Assembly: GCA_018826075.1 (NCBI GenBank)
Contig: JAHKAJ010000018.1
Coordinates: 1 to 51,742, forward strand
Source: Candidatus Omnitrophota bacterium
GTDB taxonomy: Bacteria; Omnitrophota; Gorgyraeia; Duberdicusellales; 4484-171
DNA: 51,742 nt
Reading direction: 5' to 3'
Shown: positions 27,675 to 39,209 of the stretch, piece after piece
Layout of the letters: each line of letters opens with the position of its first letter
Numbering within the stretch: position 1 is the first letter of the stretch
Made by a program: the position numbers and the translations under genes
The notes under the pieces: model-generated
The model's database searches: none
What the model saw: only the letters and a program-made list of their open reading frames with translations
What the model was told of the DNA's origin: nothing

Positions 27675-28604
27675 CTATTCTTTTCTTCGGTCAAAAATAT
27701 ATTTACTGCCGTTAAACTTTTTGGCGAGGTTTTTTGTTTCTGCGCTCAAGCTACTTATTTGAGCAGTATGAGTAAACTCCCGTTCGGTATTAGTGATGAT
27801 ACCGATGGAGATAGAGGGGAAGCCGAATTTGTGGATTTCGTTATCGCGCCCTTTAGTCTCGATATAACCTTTAATCCGGTCTTTTTCCTGGAAGAACAAA
27901 GGAGCTTGAGCATCAAAATCAGCAATTATTTTTTTAGCTATTTCTTCGGCGGCTTCAGGGGTAGTTACGATTAGGAAATCATCGCCTCCGATATGGCCGA
28001 TAAAATCATCGAGATTTCCCTTTTTTTGAATACTGTTAATAAGAATCCGAGCAGTGGTTTTTATGGCGCTGTCGCCCTGCTCAAATCCGTAATAGTCATT
28101 CAGGGCTTTGAAATTATCGATGTCGATGCTTAATACGGCTATTTTCTCTTTAGCCTCTATTTTTTCCCGAAGCTCTTTAGTTATTGAAGCATTGCCGGGC
28201 AGACGGGTTAAAGGGTTGGCATCTAAATTGGCTCTTGAGCGGCGGATAAGCATTCTGATTCGGGCTACCAGTTCTTGGGGTACAAACGGTTTAAGCATAT
28301 AATCATCAGCCCCGGCTTCCAAGCCTTCAACTTTGTCTTCGGTCTCGCCTTTACCGGTAAGCATAAGTATCGGCGTATTGGATGCCAGAGTATCTCCGCG
28401 TATGGCTCGGCAGATATCTGGCCCTTTGAGGTCAGGCAGCATATAGTCTAAAACCAAAAGGTTCGGGGACTCGGTTTTAACTTTTTCTAAAGCCTGATTT
28501 CCGGTGGCAGCCCTCACTACGTCAAACTCGCCGCTAAGAGTAGCTTCGAGCAGGTCCAAAATATCGAGGTCATCATCAACGATCAGGATTTTTAATTCAG
28601 CCAT
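27675..28604 (-). CDS. Response regulator with GGDEF-family domain
   Basis: REC domain (VDDD, LDYMLP, KPF) plus NPLTRLP, DIDNFKALND.YG, GGDDF. Confidence 0.9.
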   Translation of the reverse strand: MAELKILIVDDDLDILDLLEATLSGEFDVVRAATGNQALEKVKTESPNLLVLDYMLPDLKGPDICRAIRGDTLASNTPILMLTGKGETEDKVEGLEAGADDYMLKPFVPQELVARIRMLIRRSRANLDANPLTRLPGNASITKELREKIEAKEKIAVLSIDIDNFKALNDYYGFEQGDSAIKTTARILINSIQKKGNLDDFIGHIGGDDFLIVTTPEAAEEIAKKIIADFDAQAPLFFQEKDRIKGYIETKGRDNEIHKFGFPSISIGIITNTEREFTHTAQISSLSAETKNLAKKFNGSKYIFDRRKE

Positions 28605-30066
28605 TTTTTGCCAGTTTTAAGGTAAAGTAGAAAGCCGTGCCTTTTCCGGCTTCAGACTCTACCCATATTTTTTCTTTATGGGTTTCGATTATCCGTTTCA
28701 CTAGAGAAAGTCCCAGACCGCTTCCTTTAGCGCCCATATTGACCGGGTTAGGTACGGTGAAAAATTCCTGGAATACTTTTTCCAAGTTGTCCTTTTCGAT
28801 GCCGCAGCCAGTGTCAGCTACCGAGATTATAACTTGATTCTCGCTGGTTTTGCAACTAATTTTTATCTGGCCTCCTGAACCGGTAAATTTTAAAGCATTG
28901 TTGATCAGGTTAATAAAAACCCGTTCAATCATGCTCTTATCCATATAGACATTTAATTTATCAGGAAGGTCAAAGGCGAATTTTATGCCTTTAGCCTCGG
29001 TTTGAGGGGCGAGAAAGTCAGTGGCTTCGGTAATCACCTTTACGATTTCATGCACAGTGATATGGGTTTCGGTTTTTCCGGATTCGATGCGTGAAATATC
29101 CAGAAGCGTGTTCACTATGTCCATAAGTTTATTTACGTTAGTATCGATTTTAAGCAGGCGGTCTTTTGCCTCTTTGGGCAATTTGCCGAATTTTTCGTCA
29201 AGCAGCAGTGAGGAAAATCCTTTTACCGAAGTAAGGGGGGTGCGTAATTCATGAGAAACGCTGGAGACAAAATCAGTTTTCGATTTACTGATAGTTTCAA
29301 CCGCCCTTAAGGATTTAACCAGTTCATTGGTCCGTTCCTTGATTTTTCTTTCCAAATCATCCTTAGTGTGATAGAGGTCTTCAAACAGCTGGATGTTATT
29401 GAGGCACTGGCCTAAATAGGTGCAGACGGTTATAAAGGCTTCACTTTCCGACTTAGATATCTCGATTGAGACCAAAGGATCGGCGACCAAAAATATAGCG
29501 TAGGCAGAATCGCGGGATTTTATCGAAGCTGCCAGCATATGTTCGACTTGGGCTCCGGTTTTAAGCTGTTTATAAAGCTCGGATTCGCCAATCAGCAGCT
29601 CGGTTTCTTTAAAAGTTTCTTTTTTGTATTGGAGTATGTTTCTTACGGCTTCGGTTTCCTGGGGGGTGAAGCCAACATTTATTTTTGGTATCAAGGTTGT
29701 AAAATCCAGGACCAAGCCTCTTTTAAATCCCAGGTTTTCAATAAGTTGTGCATCGATTTGGAACAAAAGTTTTTCTTTATCCAGGATCTGCACCGAAGAG
29801 GAAATCAAATTTTTTATTAAAGTTAAACGATGCAGCTCTGACTCGATTTCCTGCTGGTAAAGTTTCACTTCCATGTCGCTTTTTATGATCAGCTTTGCCT
29901 GCTGGTCTAAATCTTTAATTATTCGGTTACGGTGTCGGAGTTCTTTTTCAAGAGTCGAGAGGCTTTGTTTCTTTTTTATCAGGTAGAGGGTTAAAAAAAC
30001 CAGCGCCACGAAGAATAAAATCGTCAGGCCGGCCAAAGGGTTGATTGTTGGGAGCAGTTTAAACAT
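28597..30066 (-). CDS. Membrane-anchored sensor histidine kinase
   Basis: N-terminal TM; SHELRTPL; NLINNA; DTGCG; GSGLGL. Confidence 0.93.
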   Translation of the reverse strand: MFKLLPTINPLAGLTILFFVALVFLTLYLIKKKQSLSTLEKELRHRNRIIKDLDQQAKLIIKSDMEVKLYQQEIESELHRLTLIKNLISSSVQILDKEKLLFQIDAQLIENLGFKRGLVLDFTTLIPKINVGFTPQETEAVRNILQYKKETFKETELLIGESELYKQLKTGAQVEHMLAASIKSRDSAYAIFLVADPLVSIEISKSESEAFITVCTYLGQCLNNIQLFEDLYHTKDDLERKIKERTNELVKSLRAVETISKSKTDFVSSVSHELRTPLTSVKGFSSLLLDEKFGKLPKEAKDRLLKIDTNVNKLMDIVNTLLDISRIESGKTETHITVHEIVKVITEATDFLAPQTEAKGIKFAFDLPDKLNVYMDKSMIERVFINLINNALKFTGSGGQIKISCKTSENQVIISVADTGCGIEKDNLEKVFQEFFTVPNPVNMGAKGSGLGLSLVKRIIETHKEKIWVESEAGKGTAFYFTLKLAKNG

Positions 30067-30069
30067 ATT

Positions 30070-31197
30070 TTAATCCCACAAAGTTAATAAAATATTTCCG
30101 GTTTCCAGATCGACGAAACCTTTTTCCTGATTATTGGATAAAGCGTAATCTGAATAAATCCCGATTATTTTTGATTCTTTTCCTAAAGTTTGTTTTATGA
30201 ATCTTATTTCTTCAACCGCCAGATCCTTCAAGATATTTTTTCGGGACAAAGAGTTAACGATAAAAACTAATCCCTGCCCTTTACGCTGTAAAGATAAAAG
30301 CCCGGCCCGGGCGTCATTAAACAAAGAAGTTGTATCCAGAAACATCATATGGGCCTGGGAACCTTCTTTTAATTCACCGGTATACATCAAAGAACCGTCT
30401 TGGAGATATTCTATTACATTTACCAGCTGAAGAGAACCATTTTTTTTAATGCCTAAGGGGTAGAGCGAGAATATTTTTTTTTTCATAAAGTCGTTATATT
30501 TTTCTTCGGCGTAATAGCGGTAGATTTCAACCGCCGGGTTTCCGTTTATTTCCATGATCAGATTGCGGCTGGGAATAATTTTAGTGATGGTAAAAGGTTT
30601 GCCTAAAGGTACATAGCCGCCTAGCTGTAGAAAATATACATCCAGCCCTTTTAAGGCAATAGCGGCCATGCCCTCTTCAATATTATTATTGACTATTTGG
30701 TAGCTGTTGGCTGCGTATTTTTTCATATAACCGGCCCCCAGCAGGCCGAATACTTCTCCCATGGATAGTTTTAACCCGTTCAGGTACTGGCTGGGATTGA
30801 TCGCCGGGGAAAGAAAGGAGAGGAAAAAGTAATCCTTCTTTCTGATGTTTTTGAAGGCAGTGTGGAAAAAACTTTCGATTTCTTCTGATTTTTTTGCTTC
30901 CAGGGACGCTTCGTGTAAAAACAACTCATTTTTGTTGATACAGCAGACAACGATTCCTTTTGAGAGTGTTTTGTCTTCAAAGATCAGCCAGGGAGCCTGA
31001 AGGCCAAAAAGTTTTTCGGGGTTTAAGGTAAAGTTTATGGTTTTTAAAATCTGGGCCGGAGAGTAGCCAGGAGTGAAAAGAACGATTAAGCAGTATATTT
31101 TTTTAGGGAAAATCCGCTTAATTTTCAAAGAAACTTCTTTGATCGCTTCTTCGGCTTCTTTTTCGCTGAAGGCTATGGCAAAATCTTCACGGTTCAT
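30070..31197 (-). CDS. FIST domain protein
   Basis: GYVPLGKPFTITK, IMEINGNPA, YPLG, DGSL. Confidence 0.8.
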   Translation of the reverse strand: MNREDFAIAFSEKEAEEAIKEVSLKIKRIFPKKIYCLIVLFTPGYSPAQILKTINFTLNPEKLFGLQAPWLIFEDKTLSKGIVVCCINKNELFLHEASLEAKKSEEIESFFHTAFKNIRKKDYFFLSFLSPAINPSQYLNGLKLSMGEVFGLLGAGYMKKYAANSYQIVNNNIEEGMAAIALKGLDVYFLQLGGYVPLGKPFTITKIIPSRNLIMEINGNPAVEIYRYYAEEKYNDFMKKKIFSLYPLGIKKNGSLQLVNVIEYLQDGSLMYTGELKEGSQAHMMFLDTTSLFNDARAGLLSLQRKGQGLVFIVNSLSRKNILKDLAVEEIRFIKQTLGKESKIIGIYSDYALSNNQEKGFVDLETGNILLTLWD

Positions 31198-31306
31198 GCT
31201 GCACTTAAATTACCATAAAGACCATGAAAAATCAATAGATTTACCATTGGCAAAGGTTTTCTTGACATTTTTTTATCTATATGCTATATACTATTAATTA
31301 TAAAAA

Positions 31307-31894
31307 ATGGAGCCAACTACTGTGGCAGTCCTTATAGACTTAGTATTTATAATTCTTTGGGTGAGAATTCTTTACGTTGCAGTTTCTCGGGGAATTTTAG
31401 CCGAGATTATCAAGATAGCCGGCCTGTTGGCCGGAATTTTCTTTGCTTTTCAATACTATACATTCAGCGGCGAAAAATTAGGGTATTCAATACCGTTCTT
31501 AGGCAAAGAGTATTTCAATCTTGCTGCTTTTTTGATAATTTTTTTAGGCACCAGGGCGATTTTCAGTTTTTTGGGGCTGATCACGCGCTTGCTTTTTAAG
31601 AGTCGGGACATAGCTATCTTTGAGCGGTGGTTATCATTATTTGCCGGGACAGTCAGGGCGATCTTACTTTCTAGTGTAATTGTTTTTGCTTTCCATTTAT
31701 CACCTTTTGATCTATTAGTTGTTCAGAAGAGCAGAGCAGTTCTTTTTGCTAAACCAGCCCCCTGGAGTTATTTGGCGATCTATAGGTTTTTTTCTACAAC
31801 TAATGCTAAGATGAAGGTAAATCCAGGTGTAGAACAGTATCTTGATTTTTTCAAACCAGGGAACAGGGTAAAAGGAGGAGGTTTAGAAAAATGA
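31307..31894 (+). CDS. CvpA family membrane protein
   Basis: IDLVF..I, RGILAE, ERWLSLFAGTVRA; four TM segments. Confidence 0.75.
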   Translation: MEPTTVAVLIDLVFIILWVRILYVAVSRGILAEIIKIAGLLAGIFFAFQYYTFSGEKLGYSIPFLGKEYFNLAAFLIIFLGTRAIFSFLGLITRLLFKSRDIAIFERWLSLFAGTVRAILLSSVIVFAFHLSPFDLLVVQKSRAVLFAKPAPWSYLAIYRFFSTTNAKMKVNPGVEQYLDFFKPGNRVKGGGLEK

Positions 31895-32850
31895 AACTTA
31901 AAGAACTTTATCGGGAGATTGTGAATAAAGGTATCCAGGAAGATGTTCGTAGCAGCAAAGAAATAGCGGCTTTATTGGCTGGCAAGAAGAATGAATTTGA
32001 AGCTTTAAGAAAATCCCGAAAAGAGTTTTTTGACCAGGACGCTTTATTTAATCCTTTCGATGATAGCCGGATTATCTGGGGAAATCCCGAGGCCAAGATA
32101 AGATCGATGATTGTCGGCATTGATGTTGACGGAGCAGAGCTGTTGTTGGTCGACCGGCTAAAAGGTAAAGGTGAAAATATAGATTTAGCGGTTTCACATC
32201 ATCCCCAAGGCGCAGCCTACGCTCAGTTTTACGGAGTCATGGATTTGCAGGTCAATGTGTTTTCTCAGGAAGGGATATCTTTGAGTGTTTCCGAAAACTT
32301 GCTTAATAACCGCAAAGCCGAAGTAGCCCGCCGGGTAAGCGCTGCCAATCATTTGAGGGGTCCGGACGTAGCCCGCTTGCTTAAAATAAATTTTCTCTGT
32401 ATGCATACACCCTGCGATAACTGCGCTTATCAGTATCTTAAGAGAGCTCTCGGTAAAACTAAGCCGAAAAATTTAGGCGAAATAATCGATTTACTTTATG
32501 TTATTCCTGAATATGCCCAGGCGGCTAAGAATAATAATCCTCCGGAGATAACTTTGGGCAATAGAAAGTCCGGCTGCAAAAAGATTCATCTGGAGTTTAC
32601 CGGCGGCACCGAAGGGCCCAAGGAGATCTATAAGGAGTTGGCTTCCCAAGGGGTGGACACGATTATTGCCATGCATCAGTCTGATGAGCATTTTCAAAAG
32701 TGCAAAGAACACAATATAAATGTGGTTATTGCTTCACATATAGCCTCAGATAATCTAGGCGTGAATATCATGCTTGATCATCTTGAGAAAAAAGGTAAAT
32801 TTAAAGTTTACGAATTCGGCGGCTTCCGGCGCTTTACCCATAAAAAATGA
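31891..32850 (+). CDS. NIF3-like dinuclear metal protein
   Basis: VGID, SHHP, HTPCDN, HIASDNLG. Confidence 0.8.
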   Translation: MKLKELYREIVNKGIQEDVRSSKEIAALLAGKKNEFEALRKSRKEFFDQDALFNPFDDSRIIWGNPEAKIRSMIVGIDVDGAELLLVDRLKGKGENIDLAVSHHPQGAAYAQFYGVMDLQVNVFSQEGISLSVSENLLNNRKAEVARRVSAANHLRGPDVARLLKINFLCMHTPCDNCAYQYLKRALGKTKPKNLGEIIDLLYVIPEYAQAAKNNNPPEITLGNRKSGCKKIHLEFTGGTEGPKEIYKELASQGVDTIIAMHQSDEHFQKCKEHNINVVIASHIASDNLGVNIMLDHLEKKGKFKVYEFGGFRRFTHKK

Positions 32851-34619
32851 TTCCTCAAACATTTATAGATGAGGTCCAAGCTCGGACAGACATAGTAGAG
32901 CTTATCTCAGGGTATTTGTCTTTAAAAAAGGCCGGCAGAAATTTTAAAGGCCTTTGCCCTTTCCACGGTGAAAAGACCCCCTCGTTTATGGTCAGCCCCC
33001 AGAAACAAATCTTTCATTGTTTTGGCTGTGGTCAAGGCGGCGGTATTTTTCAATTTCTTACTTTAGTGGAAAAGATATCTTTTCCCGAAGCCGTAGAGAT
33101 GCTGGCCAAGCGGGCAGGCTTGGAGATTCCTTACCAGAAAGGAAATCAGTTAAAGGAGAAAACAACCCTTTACGATGCCGTCAACGAAGCCGCCTCTTTC
33201 TTTCACCATAACCTCAAAAACGATAAAAACTGCCAAAGAATGCGTCAATACCTGGCTAAAAGAGGGATCGGCCCGGGAACTATTGATAAGTTTAGGCTGG
33301 GCTATGCTCCGGCCGGAAATCTACTGATGAATCATTTGCGTAAATCCGGATTCACCCTCGAGGTTTTAGAAAAAACCTCTTTGATTACTTCTTCAAGGTC
33401 AGGATTTTCCGATGTTTTCCGCGACCGGATAATCTTTCCTATTTTTGACGCCAGGTCCCGGGTGATCGCTTTTGGCGGCCGTACCCACGTTAATGATTCC
33501 CAAGGCCCAAAATATATCAATTCTTTGGAGAGTGTTTTGTACAGTAAAAGAAATCACCTTTTCGGCTTAAGTTTAGCTAAAGACGATATTATAAAACAGC
33601 AGGCAGTCATAGTGGTCGAAGGCTATTTAGATATGATCATTCCGTTTATGGAAGGGGCAAGTAACATAGTCGCTTCTCTGGGAACCGCACTTACCGAAGA
33701 ACAGATCCGTTTGATCAAGCGCTACTGCTCTAAAGTGATCTTGGCTTACGATTCGGATAAAGCTGGCCAAAGCGCCAGCTTGCGTTCCCTGGATTTACTT
33801 ATCGAGCAAGGCATTGAGACAAAAGTCCTTAAATTACCGGAAGGTTACGACCCGGATTCTTTAGTCAGAGAAAAGGGTAAGGATTTCTTTTTGGAGTTAG
33901 TCAACGAAGCCGGGGATTTTTTTGATTATAAATTAAGTGTGCTTAATTATCTTTACCGCAAGGAGAGTATTGATGGTAAGACTAAAATCGCTCAAGAGAT
34001 GCTTTTGACTATAGACAGACTTCCTTCAGAAATTCAAAAGTATGAATATATCCGAAAACTTTCTTCAAGCTTAAACGTTAAAGAAGAGATTATGATCGCT
34101 GAATTTCAGAAAAAAGTTTCAGCCAAAAATAACAACCAAAGAAAAAGGTTCTCCGGACCTGAGAGCCCGCAGATTTCGCAGGCAATAGCCCGGGAACCCC
34201 TCCCGGTCACCGAGAAAGTGATTTTAAAATTCATCCTGACTAATCCTAAAGCTTTTTCACTGGTGAAAAAAAATTTAAAACCGGAATATTTCAGCACCCA
34301 TTTTTCGCGAAAAGTGATCTCATTATTTTTTGACAAATATGCCGAAGATGGAGAATTTTCTCCTTCCAAATTTATCAGCGCCGAGAGCGATAAGGAAATC
34401 AGTGGTTTTCTTTCCCGGATTCTGATCGATGACGATATACCTTTGGATAAAAATATCTTTAAAGATAGCCTGCTTAAATTAAAAGAAAAAAGGAACGATC
34501 ATTTTAAAAGCTTGCTTCGCGAGGAGATCCGCGATGCCGAATCCCGGGGTGATAAAAAAAAGGTGAAGGAGTTAATTGCTGAACACGGAAAGTTTAATCG
34601 AGGGGTAAGAAATGCTTAA
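32847..34619 (+). CDS. dnaG: DNA primase
   Basis: CPFH..CFGC zinc finger, FGGR, EGYLD, DSDKAG, DPD. Confidence 0.97.
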   Translation: MIPQTFIDEVQARTDIVELISGYLSLKKAGRNFKGLCPFHGEKTPSFMVSPQKQIFHCFGCGQGGGIFQFLTLVEKISFPEAVEMLAKRAGLEIPYQKGNQLKEKTTLYDAVNEAASFFHHNLKNDKNCQRMRQYLAKRGIGPGTIDKFRLGYAPAGNLLMNHLRKSGFTLEVLEKTSLITSSRSGFSDVFRDRIIFPIFDARSRVIAFGGRTHVNDSQGPKYINSLESVLYSKRNHLFGLSLAKDDIIKQQAVIVVEGYLDMIIPFMEGASNIVASLGTALTEEQIRLIKRYCSKVILAYDSDKAGQSASLRSLDLLIEQGIETKVLKLPEGYDPDSLVREKGKDFFLELVNEAGDFFDYKLSVLNYLYRKESIDGKTKIAQEMLLTIDRLPSEIQKYEYIRKLSSSLNVKEEIMIAEFQKKVSAKNNNQRKRFSGPESPQISQAIAREPLPVTEKVILKFILTNPKAFSLVKKNLKPEYFSTHFSRKVISLFFDKYAEDGEFSPSKFISAESDKEISGFLSRILIDDDIPLDKNIFKDSLLKLKEKRNDHFKSLLREEIRDAESRGDKKKVKELIAEHGKFNRGVRNA

Positions 34620-36156
34620 GAAGAAACTTTTAGAAAGAAGCATCGGCCAGTTGATCGATTTGGGCAAAAAGAAAGGCTACCTGACTTACGATGAAATAAA
34701 CCATTTTCTTTCCGAAGAGGTTACCAGTGCTAAAGACTTGGATACTATTTTTGAGCGTCTGGATTCAAAAGACATAAGCGTTTTGGAAACCAAAGAAGTT
34801 CCGGAATGGGAGAAGGTCAAAAAGAAACAGGCTTCGGGAACTTCCCAGCCGATCGATGATCCGGTCAAGATGTACCTTAAACAGATGGGTCAGATTCCCT
34901 TGCTTTCCCGCGAAGAAGAGATCCGGCTGGCTAAAAAGATCGAAGATGCTGAAGAGGTTTTACGCGAGGAAATATTCTCAACCGGGATCTCCCGGGATAT
35001 GTTTTTGAATATTTCCCGTCAGATTGTCAAAGATGAATTAAATGCCGACGATTTTGTCAAGGGAGAGATCAAGAGCAAAGAAAAGGAAATCCGGCGTCTG
35101 AGAAGCCTGCAGGCTAAACTGTCCAAGACTAAAAAACCGGAAAGTCAGAAAAAGATACTTCAGGAGTTTAATTTTACTATCGGCATCATCGAGCAGATAA
35201 TTTACAAAGCTAAAAATATTTCCCGAGAAGTAGAAAAGTTACTTCGGAGAATCGAAAAAAGTAAAGGCAAAGGTAAAGCTAAAGCTACCCAGCGGCGAAA
35301 ACTTGCTTTGGCCAAAGGAAAGCTGATGCGTGAACTTGGCTTTCCGGAAAGCCAGCTAAAAGACAGGATGCGGGCGGTTAATGATAAAACCAGACTTTAC
35401 AACCAGGCTAAACGGACTTTGGTGGAAGCAAATCTAAGGCTGGTGGTAAGTATAGCTAAAAAATACGTAAACCGTGGCCTTTCCTTTTTGGACCTGATCC
35501 AGGAAGGTAACATCGGCCTGATCAAAGCGGTTGAAAAGTTCGAATACAAGCGGGGGTATAAGTTTTCTACTTATGCCACTTGGTGGATACGCCAGGCAAT
35601 AACCCGGGCTATTGCTGATCAAGCCAGGACAATCAGGATCCCGGTACATATGACCGAGACGATTAACAAGATTATCCGGATATCCCGGTTGTTTATCCAG
35701 GAAAAAGGAAGGGAACCAACGCCGGATGAATTATCCAAAGAGCTTAAGTTGCCGGTTTCCAAAATAAAAGATATCATTAAAGTTTCCCAGCAGCCGATCT
35801 CGATACATACACCTATCGGTGACGACGGCGATACTTCTTTCGGAGATTTTATCGAAGATAAAAAAGCGGTCTCACCGGCTAACGCTACGGTATTTTCTAT
35901 GCTTAAAGAAGAACTGGAGCAGGCAATGGAAAGTCTGACTGACCGGGAAAAAAACATCCTTACTCTAAGGTTTGGCCTTCAGGATGGAAGCCCAAAAACT
36001 TTGGAGGAAGTGGGAACTATCTTTCGGGTCACCCGGGAGCGCATTCGCCAGATAGAAGCTAAAGCTTTAAAAAAGCTGCGTCACCCCAGCCGTTCGCGCC
36101 GTCTTCAGACCTTTTTGGAGCTTACTCTTTTCCGGGGTAAATTTAAACCGTCATGA
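34612..36156 (+). CDS. rpoD: Primary sigma factor
   Basis: Region 1.1; DDPVKMYL; [10 protein letters not shown]; TRERIRQIE. Confidence 0.96.
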   Translation: MLKKKLLERSIGQLIDLGKKKGYLTYDEINHFLSEEVTSAKDLDTIFERLDSKDISVLETKEVPEWEKVKKKQASGTSQPIDDPVKMYLKQMGQIPLLSREEEIRLAKKIEDAEEVLREEIFSTGISRDMFLNISRQIVKDELNADDFVKGEIKSKEKEIRRLRSLQAKLSKTKKPESQKKILQEFNFTIGIIEQIIYKAKNISREVEKLLRRIEKSKGKGKAKATQRRKLALAKGKLMRELGFPESQLKDRMRAVNDKTRLYNQAKRTLVEANLRLVVSIAKKYVNRGLSFLDLIQEGNIGLIKAVEKFEYKRGYKFSTYATWWIRQAITRAIADQARTIRIPVHMTETINKIIRISRLFIQEKGREPTPDELSKELKLPVSKIKDIIKVSQQPISIHTPIGDDGDTSFGDFIEDKKAVSPANATVFSMLKEELEQAMESLTDREKNILTLRFGLQDGSPKTLEEVGTIFRVTRERIRQIEAKALKKLRHPSRSRRLQTFLELTLFRGKFKPS

Positions 36157-36443
36157 GTAAAGTAGATAAGAAAACCGTTGAATATGTGGCTGAATTAGCC
36201 AGGATCAACCTGACCGAAGAGGAAAAAGAATCTTTGGGACAGGAACTTTCTAAAATTATCAGTTATGTCGACCAGTTGAAAGAACTGGATACCCAAGAAG
36301 TAGAGCCGTTAAGAGAGCTTCAGGCTAAAGGGGATGTTTTTCGCCCGGACAAAGTTTCACCTTCAGGCTGCCGCGCTGAAATTTTAAACAATTCCCCGCT
36401 TTCTGAGGGAGATTATTTTAAGATCCCTAGAGTAATTGAATAA
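36153..36443 (+). CDS. gatC: Asp/Glu-tRNA amidotransferase subunit C
   Basis: [15 protein letters not shown]. Confidence 0.93.
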   Translation: MSKVDKKTVEYVAELARINLTEEEKESLGQELSKIISYVDQLKELDTQEVEPLRELQAKGDVFRPDKVSPSGCRAEILNNSPLSEGDYFKIPRVIE

Positions 36444-37787
36444 ATGCAAGATTTAAAAAAACTAGATCAGCCTTTAAGTAGTTTTGTTCAAGTTTTTGAT
36501 CAACCGATTAAAGGCGAGGGCAAGTCACCTTTGGCCGGATCGGCAATTGCGATCAAAGATAATATCTGCATAAAAGGTAAAACTATAACTTGCGCTTCCA
36601 AAATTTTAGCTGGGCATAAGGCTGTATACAACGCTACGGTTATCGATAAATTAAAAGCAGCCGGTTTAGTTATAGTTGGTACCACCAACTTAGATGAGTT
36701 TGCTTTTGGTTCATCTACGGAAAATTCCTGTTACGGCCCGACAAAAAACCCTTGGGATCTGACCCGGGTCCCCGGCGGTTCAAGCGGCGGTTCAGCTGCA
36801 GCTGTTGCGGCTCGGCTAGTTCCTTTTGCTTTAGGCTCAGATACTGGAGGTTCGATCCGCCAGCCGGCCGCTTTTTGCGGCGTAGTCGGGTTCAAACCGA
36901 CTTACGGCAGGGTTTCCCGCTACGGGTTGATTGCTTTTGGCTCAAGCCTTGACCAGATCGGGCCGTTGACCACTAATTTTTCAGATTGTGCCGAACTGCT
37001 TAATATAATTTCCGGACATGACCCGAAAGATTCTACTTCAGCTTTTTTAGAAACCCCTGATTTTACCAAAAGCCTCAAAGTCCCGGTAAAGGAAATAAAG
37101 GTAGGACTGCCTAAGGAATATTTTAGCCAGGGATTAGATGCCCAGGTTAAAGAAGCGATTTCCTCGACAGCCGATATTTTAAAAAAGAAAAAAGTAATTT
37201 TTAAGGAAATCAGCCTTCCCCATAGCCGGTACGCAGTGGCAACTTATTATATTATTGCTTCTTCAGAAGCCAGTTCTAATTTGCAGCGCTTCGACGGCGT
37301 AAGGTATGGGTTGCGGGCCGTAACTAAAAGCTTAGCTGATCTTTATGCACGAACCCGCCAACAGGGTTTTGGCCTCGAGGCTAAGCGGAGAATTTTTTTA
37401 GGGACTTACAGCCTTTCCAGCGGCTATTATGATGCTTATTATCTTAAAGCTCTAAAAGTAAGAAGGCTGATTAAAAGCGATTTCGATAAAGCGTTTGAAG
37501 AGGTCGATGCTGTTCTTACACCTACTTCTCCTACGGTGGCCTTTAAGCTTGGCGAGCGGGTTAAAGACCCTTTGAGCATGTATTTATCCGATGTCTATAC
37601 TATTCCGGCTAACCTATCTGGTTTGCCGGCTGTATCGTTTCCCTGCGGTTTTGATAAACAGGGTTTGCCGATCGGCGCCCAGCTTATCAGCCGGGCCTTT
37701 GATGAGGAAACATTAATTAAATTAGGTTCAGCCTTTGAGGAGTCAACCGATTTTCATAAGCAAATACCGGTTTTTAAAGAAAAATAA
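36444..37787 (+). CDS. gatA: Asp/Glu-tRNA amidotransferase subunit A
   Basis: KDN, GGSSGGS, SDTGGSIRQPA, RFDGVRYG. Confidence 0.96.
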   Translation: MQDLKKLDQPLSSFVQVFDQPIKGEGKSPLAGSAIAIKDNICIKGKTITCASKILAGHKAVYNATVIDKLKAAGLVIVGTTNLDEFAFGSSTENSCYGPTKNPWDLTRVPGGSSGGSAAAVAARLVPFALGSDTGGSIRQPAAFCGVVGFKPTYGRVSRYGLIAFGSSLDQIGPLTTNFSDCAELLNIISGHDPKDSTSAFLETPDFTKSLKVPVKEIKVGLPKEYFSQGLDAQVKEAISSTADILKKKKVIFKEISLPHSRYAVATYYIIASSEASSNLQRFDGVRYGLRAVTKSLADLYARTRQQGFGLEAKRRIFLGTYSLSSGYYDAYYLKALKVRRLIKSDFDKAFEEVDAVLTPTSPTVAFKLGERVKDPLSMYLSDVYTIPANLSGLPAVSFPCGFDKQGLPIGAQLISRAFDEETLIKLGSAFEESTDFHKQIPVFKEK

Positions 37788-37790
37788 CCT

Positions 37791-39209
37791 ATGAGTGAAT
37801 TTGAAACTGTGATTGGTTTAGAGGTTCACGTTCAGCTTAAAACAAAATCAAAGATTTTCTGCGGCTGTTCTGTTGATTCTCAAAGCCGGCCCAATACCAA
37901 TATCTGCCCGGTTTGCTGCGGTTACCCCGGGGTATTGCCGGTTTTCAATTTCCAGGCTTTCAAGTTAGCTACCCGGGTTTGCCTGGCTTTCAATTGTAAA
38001 ATCAATCCCAGCATCTATTTTGAGCGTAAAAATTATTTTTATCCTGACCTTCCCAAGAATTATCAGATCTCACAATATCAAAGGCCTTTGGGAGAAAAAG
38101 GGTCGTTGAAATTACTTTCCGGAAAACCAATAGGTATAAACCGGGTGCACCTCGAAGAGGATGCCGGAAAACTTATCCATAAGGACAATTACTCCCTGGT
38201 TGATTACAACCGTACTGGTACCCCGCTTTTGGAAATAGTTTCCGAAGCCGAGATCAACAGTTCCCAGGAAGCCTTCGAATATCTGACGTACTTAAAACTG
38301 ACTCTTCAATATATCGGGATCTCTGACTGCGACATGGAAAAGGGTTCGCTTCGTTGTGATGCCAATATTTCTTTAAGAGCTAAAGGCAGCCCTAAGCTGG
38401 GAGTAAAAGTGGAAATCAAAAATATGAACAGTTTTAAAGGGGTAAAGGCAGCTTTGGAATATGAGATAAAAAGGCAGGCCGTTGTTTTAGAAAAGGGAGA
38501 AAAAGTTATTCAGGAGACCCGGCTTTGGGATCAAGAGCTTTCAAAGACCACTCCTATGCGTAGTAAAGAGAAAGCCCATGACTATCGTTATTTTCCCGAA
38601 CCGGATCTATTGGATTTTTCCCTGCCGCCAGGGCTTGTTGCCGAAGAAAAGAGTTCTCTCGGCGAGTTACCGCTGGATAAAAGAAAGCGGCTTTTGGAAA
38701 GCTATTCCTTAGGCGAGAAAGAAACTGATGTCTTGATCGCCTTGCGCGAGCTCTCCGATTTTTTTGAGACCGCAGTGAAAAGATATGCTCATCCCAAAGA
38801 AGTGCTTAACTGGCTGATCGGCCCTTTTCTTGAGCAGGTCAATAATCTGGAGGGTGGTTTTTCGGCAGTAAGGATATCAGCCGAAAATTTCGTTAAAATT
38901 GTAAGGTATTTTTCTGAAAATAAGCTGAATAATCTGGCGGCTAAAAAAGTTCTTTCTTTGGCTTTGGAGACTGACCAGGATGTTGATGAGATAATAAATA
39001 GCCATCAGCTTACCCAGATGTCAGATCAAGGAGAACTGGAGAAATTTATCGAGGAAGCCCTTAGCGATAATCCTAAGGCAGTTGAAGAATATTTAAGCGG
39101 GAAATCCCAGGCGATGCAGTTTTTGGTAGGCCAGGTTATGAAAAAGACCAAAGGCAAGGCCAACCCTAAATTAGCCCGGGAAATGTTGGAGAGGAGGTTA
39201 GAAAGATGA
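37791..39209 (+). CDS. gatB: Asp/Glu-tRNA amidotransferase subunit B
   Basis: IGLEVH, YFYPDLPK, HLEEDAGK, DYRYFPEPDL. Confidence 0.97.
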   Translation: MSEFETVIGLEVHVQLKTKSKIFCGCSVDSQSRPNTNICPVCCGYPGVLPVFNFQAFKLATRVCLAFNCKINPSIYFERKNYFYPDLPKNYQISQYQRPLGEKGSLKLLSGKPIGINRVHLEEDAGKLIHKDNYSLVDYNRTGTPLLEIVSEAEINSSQEAFEYLTYLKLTLQYIGISDCDMEKGSLRCDANISLRAKGSPKLGVKVEIKNMNSFKGVKAALEYEIKRQAVVLEKGEKVIQETRLWDQELSKTTPMRSKEKAHDYRYFPEPDLLDFSLPPGLVAEEKSSLGELPLDKRKRLLESYSLGEKETDVLIALRELSDFFETAVKRYAHPKEVLNWLIGPFLEQVNNLEGGFSAVRISAENFVKIVRYFSENKLNNLAAKKVLSLALETDQDVDEIINSHQLTQMSDQGELEKFIEEALSDNPKAVEEYLSGKSQAMQFLVGQVMKKTKGKANPKLAREMLERRLER

